Source: Heterodontus francisci (lineage: Eukaryota). From it: a stretch of DNA of 64,000 nt. Below the pieces are notes generated by a model. It had not been told where the DNA came from. It made no database searches and was given only the letters and a program-made list of their open reading frames with translations. The position numbers and the translations under genes were made by a program. The DNA lies in NCBI RefSeq assembly GCF_036365525.1, contig NC_090382.1, positions 107,542,372 through 107,606,371 on the forward strand, written 5' to 3'. Position 1 is the first letter of the stretch. The number at the start of each line of letters is the position of its first letter. Below, piece after piece: positions 24,058-36,623 of this stretch.

Positions 24058-24490
24058 TCTCTCTTGAGTTTCATGTGTCTTCAGTGGATTCAGAGGCTTG
24101 TGAGAAAGAGATGGGAGCAGACAGGAGAGATCTTCTCAGTCCAGGAGCAAACATACTTTCTGCCCAAACTCAAACCCATAAATTCAAAAAACTCAGGTTG
24201 CCCAGCAGGTTAGTCACGTATCTAGCTCATTTGACCACGTCGTTTGTGTATTTGGCCATCTTAGCAGTCAATGCGAGCTCCTCCACCTTCAATGTCTGGT
24301 GATCAAAAGTCCATTATGGGTTGAATGTCAGGGAATGGCTGCTTTGTCCTTCCAAACACTGTTTGTTAATATGCAAATGCCTTTTCCAGGCACGGCTGAT
24401 CTGTTTAACAAGTCCTCCCCTCACCCCAGTAACTGTTTAAAATCAATGTTCATGACAAAATTAATTTGCCTCATTCTTGGCAGGTGGAGG

Positions 24491-25753
24491 TGTCACGGTC
24501 CTGTAGTTTTTTTGGGAATATGCAGTTTGCCTTTAAGGCTTGCAAGGGATCAGTATTGCTTTAAGAGCCTGCAAGCCTCAGGAGTTATAGAAAGGCGCAT
24601 TTTCGGTTGCCGTTAGAAACAGCCATTTGGAGACTGCAATTCAAAGGGTGCATTCTCGTTACCATAGATATAGCCACTGGGAGTGAGTCTGATGCGATAC
24701 ATTTGTTACAATTCAGTTTTGAACTGGCTCAGTAGTTGAAGACAGTTTGTTCTGACACACAGACAGAAGACACAGACAGCTGTGATGAGCACACCCGAAA
24801 AAGAGCTCTGAACCATTTTAACTGAAGGAATAGGATTCTTAGTCTGTTTAATTATTATCTCTCAAAATTCTAAGGAAAAGTCAAGCCAAAACAGAGATCT
24901 CTAGTAATTTAAATTGAAGAAAGGGAAGTTAGAATCTTTTATCCCTCAAAAACTTTAAACTCAGATTGATTCTGTTGAAAGTTTTGGCAAGTCGTTAATC
25001 GTTGAAATTGGCTGGAGAAGGAAAGCTACATTCTGGGAGGACTTCAAGCAACAGTCCGTGAGGAATTCGAGCAACATCCTGTAAGGGCTTCGATCAACAT
25101 CCTGTGAGGACTTCAAGCAGCATTGGACTGTAAATTTGCAAGGACTCTAATTTGTTTTTATTTAAATGTTGTTTATATCTTCATAGTGTTTAAGAATTTT
25201 TTTATTTTAGAGATACAGCACTGAAACAGGCCCTTCGGCCCACCGAGTCTGTGCCGACCAAGAACCACCCATTTATACTAACCCTACAGTAATCCCATAT
25301 TCCCTACCACCTACCTACACTAGGGGCAATTTACAATGGCCAATTTACCTATCACCTGCAAGTCTTTGGCGGTGGGAGGAAACCAGAGCACCTGGCGAAA
25401 ACCCACATGGTCACAGGAAGAACTTGCAAACTCTGCACAGGCAGTACCCAGAATTGAACCCGGGTCCCTGGAGCTGTGAGGCTGAGGTGCTAACCACTGC
25501 GCCACTGTGCCACCCTAGTTTAGCTCTTCTAATTAAAGAGTTAACTTGTTGATTTAAAGACACCTGGATGGTTAGCCTCATTCGGGGGGTAATAGTACAA
25601 TTCGGTTGGGTCTTTCTTTAAATTGGAAAGTTTTAAATGAAATGTCAGCCGACCTGTGGAGTGACGGGATTGAATTAACAGTGCGTTGGTCCCACTGCAA
25701 TCAGAATCGTATATTTTGATTGGGGGCTTTGACAGGAGCGGTCGGTCGTAACA
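24491..25753 (+). mobile_element. Solo LTR (second family) inserted in the 5' LTR
   Basis: TGTCAC...GTAACA ends; 4-bp TSD gagg/gggg (one mismatch); host LTR resumes afterwards. Confidence 0.8.
25196..25516 (-). mobile_element. HE1-like V-SINE
   Basis: Reverse-complement homologue of 7709-8060. Confidence 0.9.
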
Positions 25754-26979
25754 GGGGCCTAGCATGACACTGTTGTAAAGTAGGAAATGAAGCAGCCGAT
25801 TTGTGCAAAGCAAGCTCCCACAAACAGCAATGTGATAATGACCAGATAATCTGTTTTTGTGATGTTGATTGAAGGGTAAATATTAGCCAGGACACTGGGG
25901 ATAACTCCCCTGCTCGTCTTCAAAATAGTGTCATGAGATCTTTTATAGCCACTTGAGGTGGCTAACGGGATCTTGGCTTAACATCTCGCACAAAAAGCAG
26001 CACCTCCAACAGTGCAGCACTCTCTCAGTAATGGCACTGAGATGTCAGCCTGGATTTTGAGCTCAAGTCTCTGGATGAGGATTTAAACCCACAACTTTTC
26101 TGAGTCAGAGGCAAGAATACTACCCACTGAGCCACAACATAGAATTAGGATGCACAAAAGACCAGAGTCAGAGGAAGGTAGAGTTCAGAAAGGCAATTGT
26201 AGGGTGATAAGTCAGAAGACGACCTTTGGGCTCATCGTACTGAATGTCAGTCAATGGAGGGCAAAATCGGGGTGGGCTGTAAAATGGCCACTTGACCCAC
26301 TCCATCAGTTTCCCGTGGGGCTGTTTGGGTGAGATTACCGCCCCTTGGAATCCACAATTTCAGATAAAATTATTAAATACTTCAATTTACGCCTTTCAAA
26401 TAGCTTCTGGATTCAATTGCCCTCCACACTGGGACAACAATTCATCAATGCAAATCAACTCCACATTATCTCTGTTAACGTTATTTCACTACTGGACCTC
26501 TGACTTTAACTCTGGATTCGCTCCTTTTGTCTCTTGTTCTCCATTTATTACCAGGACATATCTATCCTAATCTTGCTATATAACTAGGCCTATGTAATTT
26601 GAATCTTCCTGTGTCCATATGCGTGCGCATTTTGGCTGCTTCTCCTGTCCCAAGTCCTTCACTTGTATTTGCTTATTTTCTTCTTTTCCCTCTCCTAGAC
26701 CCCTCTCTCCTATTGTCATGCCTCCTTTCATTTCTCCCTTCTCGGGCATTCTGCCCTCCCAAACCCCTACACCAACTCTTCAGTACTCCTCGGCCTTCCT
26801 ACTCTCCTGCTACCGTCCCAAACTTGACTCCCTTTGATAAGCATATAGCTTTCCTCCGTGTCTCTCTTCACATCCTCCAAAGAGCCCAGCACACCGGCTG
26901 AAGGATAATCTTTCAAAACTCCTTCCTGTCCCATTCATTCCTCCAAATGTGCACTCTGCCAGCGGATCAGCTCTCACTG

Positions 26980-28775
26980 CCCCTTCTCACATTGTCCTCT
27001 AGAATGTCTGTTCACTTGTGAGCAAACTCCCTTGTTATCGATGAGCTTATTGTGGATGGTCACATCAACATCCTGATCTTGATGGAAACCTGGCTGAGGG
27101 GTGAAGGCACCTTCCCCTGAAATAAAGCCTCCTCACCTGGCTATACCTTCTACCACTTGCTCTGCCCAGACCGTGGCACTGACAGTGAGGCTCATCTCAC
27201 TGAATCACACTTTGGCCTGTCTCCTTCCTCTGGCACTTTCTGATCCTTTGATCATCACACCTTGTTCCACTCCTTTCACCTCTCATTTAAAATCCTCATT
27301 CTCTACCACCCACCCAACTACCACAGCAAGTTTCTCATTGATAGCCTCACTGCTTTCCTCCCTCAGTCTCTGCTCCGAGCGACTCCGCGTCCTTGGTGAT
27401 TTCAACCTCCATCTCAACTCATCATGCTCTCTCACATCTGGGGTTCACTGCCCTCCTATCCTCCCTTAATCTCACCCTCCAAATAAACTCCCCAACTCAC
27501 ATTCACAGCAGCCCTTGACCTTGCTATCTCACGCAGCCTCTTTACTCATATTGTGTCAGTCTCAGATAAGAACATCTTTGATCATTTCCTTGCTCCACTC
27601 ACATCCTCCTTACCCCTCCCAACTCTACTGCCTTCTGAGTCCACCGCTAGAAAAAACTCTCACAAGTCACTTACAACAGCACTTCCAGATTCCCAACTGT
27701 CTAGCTGTTAGCCCACCATTCACAACATCTCTGCATCTGTTCAATCACACCCTCACCCCATGCCCTTGTCCTCATTAAAGCCATTATTCTCTCTCATCAC
27801 GGTCGCTCCCCCGCTATATCATCTCTGCTCCCTTAAGTTCAAAGGACACAGACTGGAACAGATATGGTGGACAACTGGTTGAGCCATCCACCGCCAGATC
27901 TGGCTGCACCACATAAAGCGCGATCAGGCCCTGCTCTCATCTGCTGAAAATGCTCACTATTCCAGAATCATCCTGGAATGCTAAGATAACCCTGGCTTCT
28001 TTTTTCCACTTCTTAAACCCCTCCCCATCTCCTCCATTCTCATCTCCAAGTGCGAGGAGCTCATTGTCCCTAAGACTGAGACCATCTGCCTTCGTCACTT
28101 CCCTCCCTTCCCGTAGCCCACTGGGTCAAACTTCCTCCTCCCTACCCTGAACTTGCATCTTTCTCTAGTTTCTCTACCTCCCCGAGCTCATCTTATTCAT
28201 GAGACACACCTCCAACTCCCTTTTCCCACCAAACTATTGACCTCCCAACTTCCTTCACTAGTCCTTTAGCTGATATTGATAACTGCTCCCTCTCCTCAGG
28301 TGCTCTCTCCTTAATATCTGCCATCACCCTCTTCTCAAAAAACCATCCTTGATCCTACCATCCTTGCAAAATAATCCCCATCTTCAACCTCTTTCTTCTC
28401 GAAGGTTATTTCCCAAATCCGTTCCCATCTTTCCTTAACTCCTTGTTTTAATCCTATGATTATAGTACACTAAAACAGCCCTCTTTGAAACCACAAATAA
28501 TATCCTATGACCAAACTATACTTCCTTGTCCTTCTCGACCAATCTGGAGCCTTTGACATGGTTAACCACATCATCCTCCTGCAACACCTCCCCTCTTGTT
28601 GTCCAGCTGGATGGGACTGCCCTTGTCTAATTCCAATCCGTCCATGCGGTCATAACCAGACATCACTTGTAATGGCTTCTCTTCCTGCTACCGCATTGTT
28701 ACCTCTGGTGTTCCCCAAGGATCTGGCCTTCGCCCACACCTATTTCTCATCCAAATGCTGTCCCTCAGCAACATT
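26980..28775 (+). mobile_element. Old, degraded L2 LINE (APE and RT remnants)
   Basis: Pyrimidine-rich; LMETWL, VLGDFNLH, LVLLDQSGAFDMVNH and TSGVPQG remnants. Confidence 0.75.
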
Positions 28776-29184
28776 AATAACTTGCATTTATATAATGCCT
28801 TTAGTATAGTAAAACGTCCCAATGCTCTTCACAGGAATATTATTAGAGAAATTTGACACCCAGACACAATTATGACAGGTGATCAAAAGTTTGGTCACAG
28901 CGATGGGTTTTAAGGAATGTTTTAAAGGAGCAGATAAACAGGCAGAGAGGTTTAGGGTGGGAATTCCAGAACTTGAGCAGCTGATTAAATCAAGAATGCT
29001 GAAGAGATCAGAACTGTAGATAGTTCCGAGCGTTAGAGTTGGAGGTTGGCTGTATTTCCAGCTCATCTATGACTGGCAGAGACTGGGCTGCATTGAGGGC
29101 AGTCTCAGTGACAACATTCTCCCTGGAGTACAGTTCTAGGTAGTGCTCAACCCAGCGGTCCATTTGTTTGCGTTGGTCAGTGCT

Positions 29185-31275
29185 AACTCAGTGATGCCAT
29201 TGATTCTCTAGCCAGCGGAAACGCCCCTGGGAAGGACAGCATTACCCCTGAAATAATCAAGAGTGCCAAGCCTGCTATACTCTCAGCACTACATGAACTG
29301 CTATGCTTGTGCTGGGACGAGGGAGCAGTACCCCAGGACATGTGCGATGCCAATATCATCACCCTCTATAAAAACAAAGGTGACCGCGGTGACTGCAACA
29401 ACTACCGTGGAATCTCCCTGCTCAGCATAGTGGGGAAAGTCTTTGCTCGAGTCGCACTGAACAGGCTCCAGAAGCTGGCCGAGAGCGTCTACCCTGAGGC
29501 ACAGTGTGGCTTTCGTGCAGAGATTGACCATTGACATGCTGTTCTCCCTTCGTCAGATACAGGAGAAATGCCGTGAACAACAGATGTCCCTCGACATTGC
29601 TTTCATTGATCTCACCAAAGCCTTTGACCTCGTCAGCAGACGTGGTCTCTTCAGACTACTAGAAAAGGTTGGATGTCCACCAAAGCTACTAAGTATCATC
29701 ACCTCATTCCATGACAATATGAAAGGCACAATTCAACATGGTGGCTCCTCATCAGACCCCTTTCCTATCCTGAGTGGCGTGTGTTCTCGCACCCACACCT
29801 TTTGGGATTTTCTACTCCCTGCTGCTTTCACATGCATTCAAGTCTTCTGAAAAAGGAATTTTCCTCCACACAAGATCAGATGGCAGGTTGTTCAACCTTG
29901 CCCGTCTAAGAGGGAAGTCCAAAGTACGGAAAGTCCTCATCAGGGAACTCCTCTTTGCTGACGATGCTGCTTTAACATCTCACACTGAAGAGTGCCTGCA
30001 GAGACTCATCGACAGGTTTGCGGCTGCCTGCAATGAATTTGGCCTAACCATCAGCCTCAAGAAAACGAACATCATGGGGCAGGACGTCAGAAATGCTCCA
30101 TCCATCAATATTGGCGACCACGCTCTGGAAGTGGTTCAAGAGTTCACCTACCTAGGCTCAACTATCACCAGTAACCTGTCTCTAGATGCAGAAATCAACA
30201 AGTGCATGGGAAAGGCTTCCACTGCTATGTCCAGACTGGCCAAGAGAGTGTGGGAAAATGGCGCACTGACACGGAACACAAAAGTCCGAGTGTATCAAGC
30301 CTGTGTCCTCAGTACCTTGCTCTATGGCAGCGAGGCCTGGACAACGTATGTCAGCCAAGAGCGACGTCTCAATTCATTCCATCTTCGCTGCCTCCGGAGA
30401 ATAGGGGCGGCACAGTGGTTAGCACTGCAGCCTCACAGCTCCAGCGACCCGGGTTCAATTCTGGGTACTGCCTGTGTGGAGTTTGCAAGTTTTCCCTGTG
30501 TCTGCGTGGGTTTCCTCCCACAAGCCAAAAGACTTGCAGGTTGGTAGGTAAATTGGCCATTATAAATTGCCCCTAGTATAGGTAGGTGGTCGGGAAATAT
30601 AGGGACAGGTGGGGATGTGGTAGGGAGTATGGGATTAATGTAGAATTAGTATAATTGAGTGGTTGATGGTCGGCACAGACTCAGTGGGCCAAAGGGCCTG
30701 TTTCAATGCTGTATCTCTAAACATAAACAATACTTGGCATCAGGTGGCAGGACCTTATCTCCAACACAGAAGTCCTCGAGGCGGCCAACATCCCCAGCTT
30801 ATACACACTACTGAGTCAGCGGCGCTTGAGATGGCTTGGCCATGTGAGCCGCATAGAAGATGGCAGGATCCCCAAAGATACATTGGACAGCGAGCTCGCC
30901 ACTGGTATCAGACCCCCCGGCCGTCCATGTCTCCACTTTAAAGACGTCTGCAAACGTGACATGAAATCCTGCGACATGTATCACAAGTCGTGGGAGTCAG
31001 TTGCCAACGTTTGCCAGAGCTGGCAGGCAGCCATAAAGGCGGGGCTAAAGTGTGGCGAGTCAAAGAGACTTAGCAGTTGGCAGGAAAAAAGACAGAGGCG
31101 CAAGGGGAGAGCCAACTGTGTAACAGCCCCGACAAACAAATTTTTCTGCAGCACCTGTGGAAGAGCCTGTCACTCTAGAATTGGCCTTTATAGCCACTCC
31201 AGGCGCGGCTCCACACACCACTGAGCACCTCCAGGCGCTTACCCATTGTCTCTCGAGATAAGGAGGCCAAAGAGA
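29185..31275 (+). mobile_element. RTE-clade LINE (BovB/Expander-like), 5'-truncated, with HE1 insertion
   Basis: NYRGISLLS, AFIDLTKAFD, RELLFADDAAL, LLYGSEAW; C-terminal CSTCGRACHSRIGLYSH zinc finger. Confidence 0.93.
30404..30728 (+). mobile_element. HE1-like V-SINE inserted in the RTE
   Basis: Homologous to 7709-8060; short aata duplication; RTE resumes afterwards. Confidence 0.9.
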
Positions 31276-32488
31276 GAGTTGGAGGTTAGAGTGATGGGGA
31301 AGGGCAAGGTTGAGATTTTAAAATCATGGCATTGCTTAACTGGAAATCAATGAAAAATTCTCATCCTCATTTTCCAATCCCTCCATGGCCTCACCCTTCC
31401 CCCATCTCTAACCTCCTACAGCCCTAAATCCCCTCGAAATCTCTGCGCTCCTCTAATTCTGGCATCTTGCACACTCCCATCTTAATTGTTTCACAATTGC
31501 TAGTTATGCCTTCAGCTGTCCAGCTCAAACTCTGCAATCCCCTCCTTAAACCTCTTCACCTGTAAGACTTTCCATAAAACCTCCCTGAGGAATCTTTGTC
31601 ATCTGCCCCATAATTGCCTGATGTGGCTTAGTGTTGTTCTGTTTGATAGCATACACGTGAAGCACGGAGATGTTTTATTACATTAAATGTGCAATAACTA
31701 AGACAAGTTATTGATTGTAGAATCCTTGCATTTGCATACAAATCAGGTTAACATTTCTCAAAAGATGTTTCACTCCTCTTTTGAAGTGTAATGATTGTCA
31801 TGTTAGGTCTCAGCTGGAGTATTGTGCAGAGACAGTGTTGGCCACTTTAGGAAGGATGTCAAGGCCTTGGAGAGGATGCAGAGATTTAATACAATGGTAT
31901 CAGTAATGAGGGACTTTAGTTATATGGAGAGACTAGAGCAGAGAATGCTAAGTGAAGACGAGACATCCAAAATAATGGATTTTGATGAGTACAATCGGAG
32001 AAACTGATTCCACTGGCAAAATGATTAGGAACCGAGCAAACAGATTGACAAAATAGAGATTAAAAAAAAATTATGACCTGGAATACACTGTCTGTAAGGA
32101 CGGTAGAAGCAGTTTCAATACTAACTTTCAAAAGGGAATTGGATAAGTACTTGATTGTCAGGTAATGTGACTCATCAGATAGCACAGCCATTTTTTTTTA
32201 ATTTGTTCATGGGATGTGGGCGTCACTGGCTAGGCCAGCATTTATTGCCCTTAAGGTGGTGGTGAGCTGCCTTCTTGAACTGCTGCAGTCCATACGGGGC
32301 ATGATGGGCTAAATGGCCTCCTGACCCATAACATTCTATAAAGGTAGACGATCCTGCACCAGCACTGCCCACAAACATCAATGGGATAAATGTAGGGGAT
32401 GCAGCAGCTCCCGGACACCAATGTAATAATGAACAGATTTGGTTTTTAAATATTGCTGTTGGTTGAGGAATAAATCTTGACCGGGGCA

Positions 32489-34195
32489 TTAGATTAGAAT
32501 TAGAACATTACAGCGCAGTACATGCCCTTCGGCCCTCGATGTTGCGCCGACCTGTGAAACCATCTGACCTACACTGTTCCATTTTCATCCATATGTCTAT
32601 CCAATGACCACTTAAATGCCCTTAAAGTTGGAGAGTCTACTACTGTTGCAGGCAGGGCGTTCCACACCCGTACTGCTCTCCGTGAGTAAAGAAACTACCT
32701 CTAACATCTGTCCTATATCTATCTCCCCTCAACTTAAAGCTATGTCCCCTCGTGTTTGCCATCACCATCTGAGGAAAAAGACTCTCACTATCCACCCTAT
32801 CTAACCCTCTGATTATCTTATATGTCTCTATTCAGTCACCTCTCTCCTCCTCCTTCTCTCCAACGAAAACAACCTCAAGTCCCTCAGCCTTTCCTCGTAA
32901 GACCTTCCCCTCCATACCAGGCAACATCCTAGTAAATCTCCTCTGCACCCTTTCCAAAGCTTCCACATCCTTCCGATAATGCGGTGACCAGAACTGCACG
33001 CAATACTCCAGGTGCGGCCTCACCAGAGTTTTGCACAGCTGCAGCATGACCTCGTGGCTCCGAAACCCAATCCCCCTACTAATAAAAGCTAACACACCAT
33101 ATGCCTTCTTAACAGCCCTATTAACCTGGGTAGCAACTTTCAGGGATTTATGTACCTGGACACCAAGATCTCCGTTCATCTACACTACCAAGAATCTTCC
33201 CATTAGCCCAGTACTCTGCATTCCTGTTACTCCTTCCAAAATGAATCACCTCACACTTTTCCACATTAAACTCCATTTGCCATCTCTCAGCCCAGCTCTG
33301 CAGCCTATCTATGTCCCTCTGTAACCTACAACATCCTTTGGCACTATCCACAACTCCACCGACCTTCGTGTCATCCGCAAATTTACTAACCCACCCTTCT
33401 GCACCCTCTTCCAGGTCATTTATAAAAATGACAAACAGCAGTGGCCCCAAAACAGATCGTTGCGGTACACCACTAGTAACTAAACTCCAGGATGAACATT
33501 TGCCATCAACCACCACCCTCTGCCTTCTTTCAGCTAGCCAATTTCTGATCCAAAGCTCTAAATCACCTTCAACCCCATACTTCCGTATTTTCTGCAATAG
33601 CCTACCGTGGGGAACCTATCAAACGCCTTACTGAAATCCATATACACCACATCCACTGCTTTACCCTAATCCACCTGTTTGGTCACCTTCTCGAAAAACT
33701 CAATAAGGTTTGTGAGGCACGACCTACCCTTCACAAAACCGTGCTATCGCTAATGAACTTATTCTTTTCAAGATGATTATAAATCCTGTCTCTTATAACC
33801 TTTTCCAACATTTTACCCACAACCGAAGTAAGGCTCACAGGTCTATAATTACCAGGGCTGTCTCTACTCCCCTTCTTGAACAAGGGGACATCATTTGCTA
33901 TCCTCCAGTCTTCCGGCACTATTCCTGTCGACAATGACGACATAAAGATCAAGGACAAAGGCTCTGCAATCTCCTCCCTGGCTTCCCGGAGAATCCTAGG
34001 ATAAATCCCATCTGGCCCAGGGGACTTATCTATTTTCACACTTTGCAAAATTGCTAACACCTCCTCCTTGTGAACCTCAATCCCATCTAGCCTAGTAGTC
34101 TGAATCTCAGTATTCTCCTCGACAACATTTTCTTTCTCTACTGTAAATACTGACGAAAAATATTCATTTAACGCTTCCCCTATCTCCTCTCCCCA
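32489..34195 (-). mobile_element. CR1 LINE, young subfamily with (attcta)n tail
   Basis: KSPGPDG, NYRPVSLTS, SKFADDTK; ggggca duplicated at the junctions; very similar to 61131-62003. Confidence 0.92.
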
Positions 34196-34515
34196 GGGGC
34201 ACTGGGGAGAATGAGACGCCTCCTTCAAAATTATAGCCGCAGGGCCTTTTATATCCAGAGAGGGCAGGCAGGGCCTTCGTTTTTAACTTCTCATTTGAAA
34301 GATGGAACCTGCGACAGTGCAGTGCTACCTCCAGGTTTTAAGCAGGCTCAGATCAACCCAATTTCAGGCTTATTGGATTTCCATGTGCCAAACAGGGTGC
34401 ACATTTTGGATGTCTCGTCTTTGCTTAGCATTCTCTGCTCTAGTGTCTCCATATAACTAAAGTCCCTCATCAGCCAAGGGAAATGAGAACAAACGGCAGT
34501 GATCAGTAGAACTCT

Positions 34516-34521
34516 TTTATT
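34516..34521 (-). terminator. RPS14 polyadenylation signal AATAAA
   Basis: tttatt on the plus strand, 27 nt after the stop codon; fits the short 3'UTR typical of RP genes. Confidence 0.9.
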
Positions 34522-34548
34522 AGTTGTACTGGTACATACAGAAAACAT

Positions 34549-34616
34549 TTACAAACGACGACCTCTGCGACCTCCCTTTCTGCGAGTGCTGTCCGACGGA
34601 ATGGGAGTAACATCCT
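34549..34616 (-). CDS. RPS14: RPS14 coding exon 4 (gene exon 5, terminal)
   Basis: (E)[24 protein letters not shown] acceptor 34617-34619, TAA at 34549-34551. The four exons total 456 nt = 151 aa + stop. Confidence 0.98.
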
Positions 34617-35589
34617 CTGCCAGAGCAACAAAAACACAGTCAAACAAAGGAGGAAATCAGGCATTGTGCAGGGCAGAAACAACATAGTCAACACTGTCTA
34701 GTTTCTAAATCCAATCACCCTGATTATCTTGGGACACAACATTGACAGGCTATTCAGCCCATCCATCCCTTCCTGCCATTTTATTATGCCCAAATTTCCA
34801 TACCTCTTTATCCCATTATTTCCTCAAATATTTCAAGAGTACAGCAGCCTAGTGGACCAACAATACAGAGACCAGTTCAGTAGTTTCATGCTCACGATTA
34901 CTGATACCAACTTCGTATTTCAGAATCTTAACTGAATTTAAATTTCCCAGCTGCTGTTGTGGTGGGATTTGAACTCTTGTCTCTGTATCATTAGCCCAGG
35001 CCCCTGAGCCTGCAATCTGGGATCTGAAGACATGTTCCTGAACACCTAACCCCTTCTGTTCATCTAAATTCATCACCATTCCCCCATGAAGACAACACTC
35101 CCACATCCAGAGTGAAATACTGCTGAATGACTACTTCTGGCTTTGCCCAGTCTGGCTGTACATTTAAGTCCAGTTCCACACCAGCGTGGCTTGACTCTTA
35201 AGTGGCCTAGAAAGCCACTCAAGTCATATTCAACAAAAGGTGATCCATTTTAACCTTCACAGAGCAATCAAGGATGGGCAATAAATGCTGGCTTTCAATT
35301 ACGATGGTCGGTAACTTGGAGGTGATCGTGTTCTCATTACATTGCCATCCTCACCCCTTTCGATAGTGGAGATGAGGGGGGGGCGGGGGTGGTGGGAAGG
35401 TCTGCTGAAGCAATCTTGGCAAACTGCTGACTAGGTGCCAGCCAGGAGACAGTGTCACCCAAGTACAACCATCATCCCCTCCACAACACATCTCACTCAA
35501 CATACTGACTAATGAAGCACAGAGCATCCCCACTCCTGGGCTCGACACACTTTACACAGAGCCCACATTCCACCAGGTTGTTCAAAAGG

Positions 35590-35721
35590 ATTTGTACGTG
35601 ACCAAGCGTCCCTGTCAGCCGGGGAGTGCTAGACTGACAAGGATAGTATGAAACGTGTTCCTATCTGCAGAGGGAACGACATCAACAGCACTGAGCAGCT
35701 GCGATGTAACTTAACCTGCAC
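35590..35721 (-). ncRNA. SNORA63: H/ACA snoRNA, SNORA63 (E3)-like, RPS14 intron 4 copy
   Basis: Two hairpins, H box ATAGGA and terminal ACA+3 nt, sense to the host. Shares GCTGCTnAGTGCTGT..GTCGTTCCC..CTGC and CAGGGACGCTTGGTC with human E3 as recalled. The 3' pocket is complementary to 28S GGCCAAGCGU-UC-AUAG. Confidence 0.9.
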
Positions 35722-35770
35722 TTAAGCTTTAAGTGCATCACAGGCTTTATATTCTAAAAGTAAATGTTCA

Positions 35771-35884
<114 letters not shown>

Positions 35885-36261
35885 TTAAAAACTTTTCACG
35901 TTAGTGGCAGGGTGGTATATCCCACAAGCCAATGAATTGAACAGAGCAGCAATGTCCAAATTGCAGCTTGCCAGCGCCTGAAACTCGCCTGTGTTTAATA
36001 TTTCTCACTGGCTGGCTTGTTCGGGTTGAAAATGGACGTTCTTAACATCGACATCTCATGGATGGCTAAATCCTAAATCAGAACATGCCCGTGACTAGAA
36101 ATCCACAATCCTTTTTAAATGCAATTTTAAGAAGCTGCATTTATATAGTGACCTCAAGATATCATAAAGAACTTTACAGCCAATCAAAGCACCGTTGACT
36201 CAGACTGTCAGCCTGGATTATGTGCCCCAGTTCCTGGAGTGGGACTTTAAAAACTCACGAG

Positions 36262-36465
36262 TAAAATAATGCAGATGCAGGAAATCTGAAAATAGAAAAT
36301 GCTTGAATTACTCAGCTGCATCTGTGGAAAGAGAAATAGAGATAGCTCGCGTTTTAGGTTAATGGCTGTTTCATCAGTTTTAATGTAAAGTTATCGACTG
36401 AAACGTTAATTCTCTCTCTTCACAGATGCTGCCAGATCAGAGTATTTCCAGCATTTTCTGTTTTT
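36262..36465. mobile_element. Head-to-head pair of Penelope-like terminal fragments (RPS14 intron 3)
   Basis: Minus-strand copy followed by a plus-strand copy of the 130-bp element, forming an imperfect palindrome. Confidence 0.6.
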
Positions 36466-36623
36466 AAGAGGTAAGTGTGCAACCTGCCAAACCATGGCTG
36501 ACACCATTTTGATGTCAAACTAGCAGCATGGGATCTTTTTCGTCCATGTGAGGAGGCAGGCAGGGCCTGGGTTTAAAGCCTCAGCTGAAAGACGACACCT
36601 CTAACGGTGTAGCATTTTAAATC

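Larger units (their letters stand above)
16786..25769 (-). mobile_element. Gypsy/Ty3-type LTR retrotransposon, gag-only, with nested insertions
   Basis: 5' LTR 22815-25769, 3' LTR 16786-20828; TSD CTGT (16782-16785 / 25770-25773); internal region 20829-22814; degenerate tRNA-Pro-like PBS at about 22790-22810. Confidence 0.9.

Noticed and set aside
1-34400. CD74 coding exons inside the window
   Set aside because: I found no transmembrane, CLIP, trimerisation or thyroglobulin-like exon in the unique stretches, so the CD74 link rests on mammalian synteny only.
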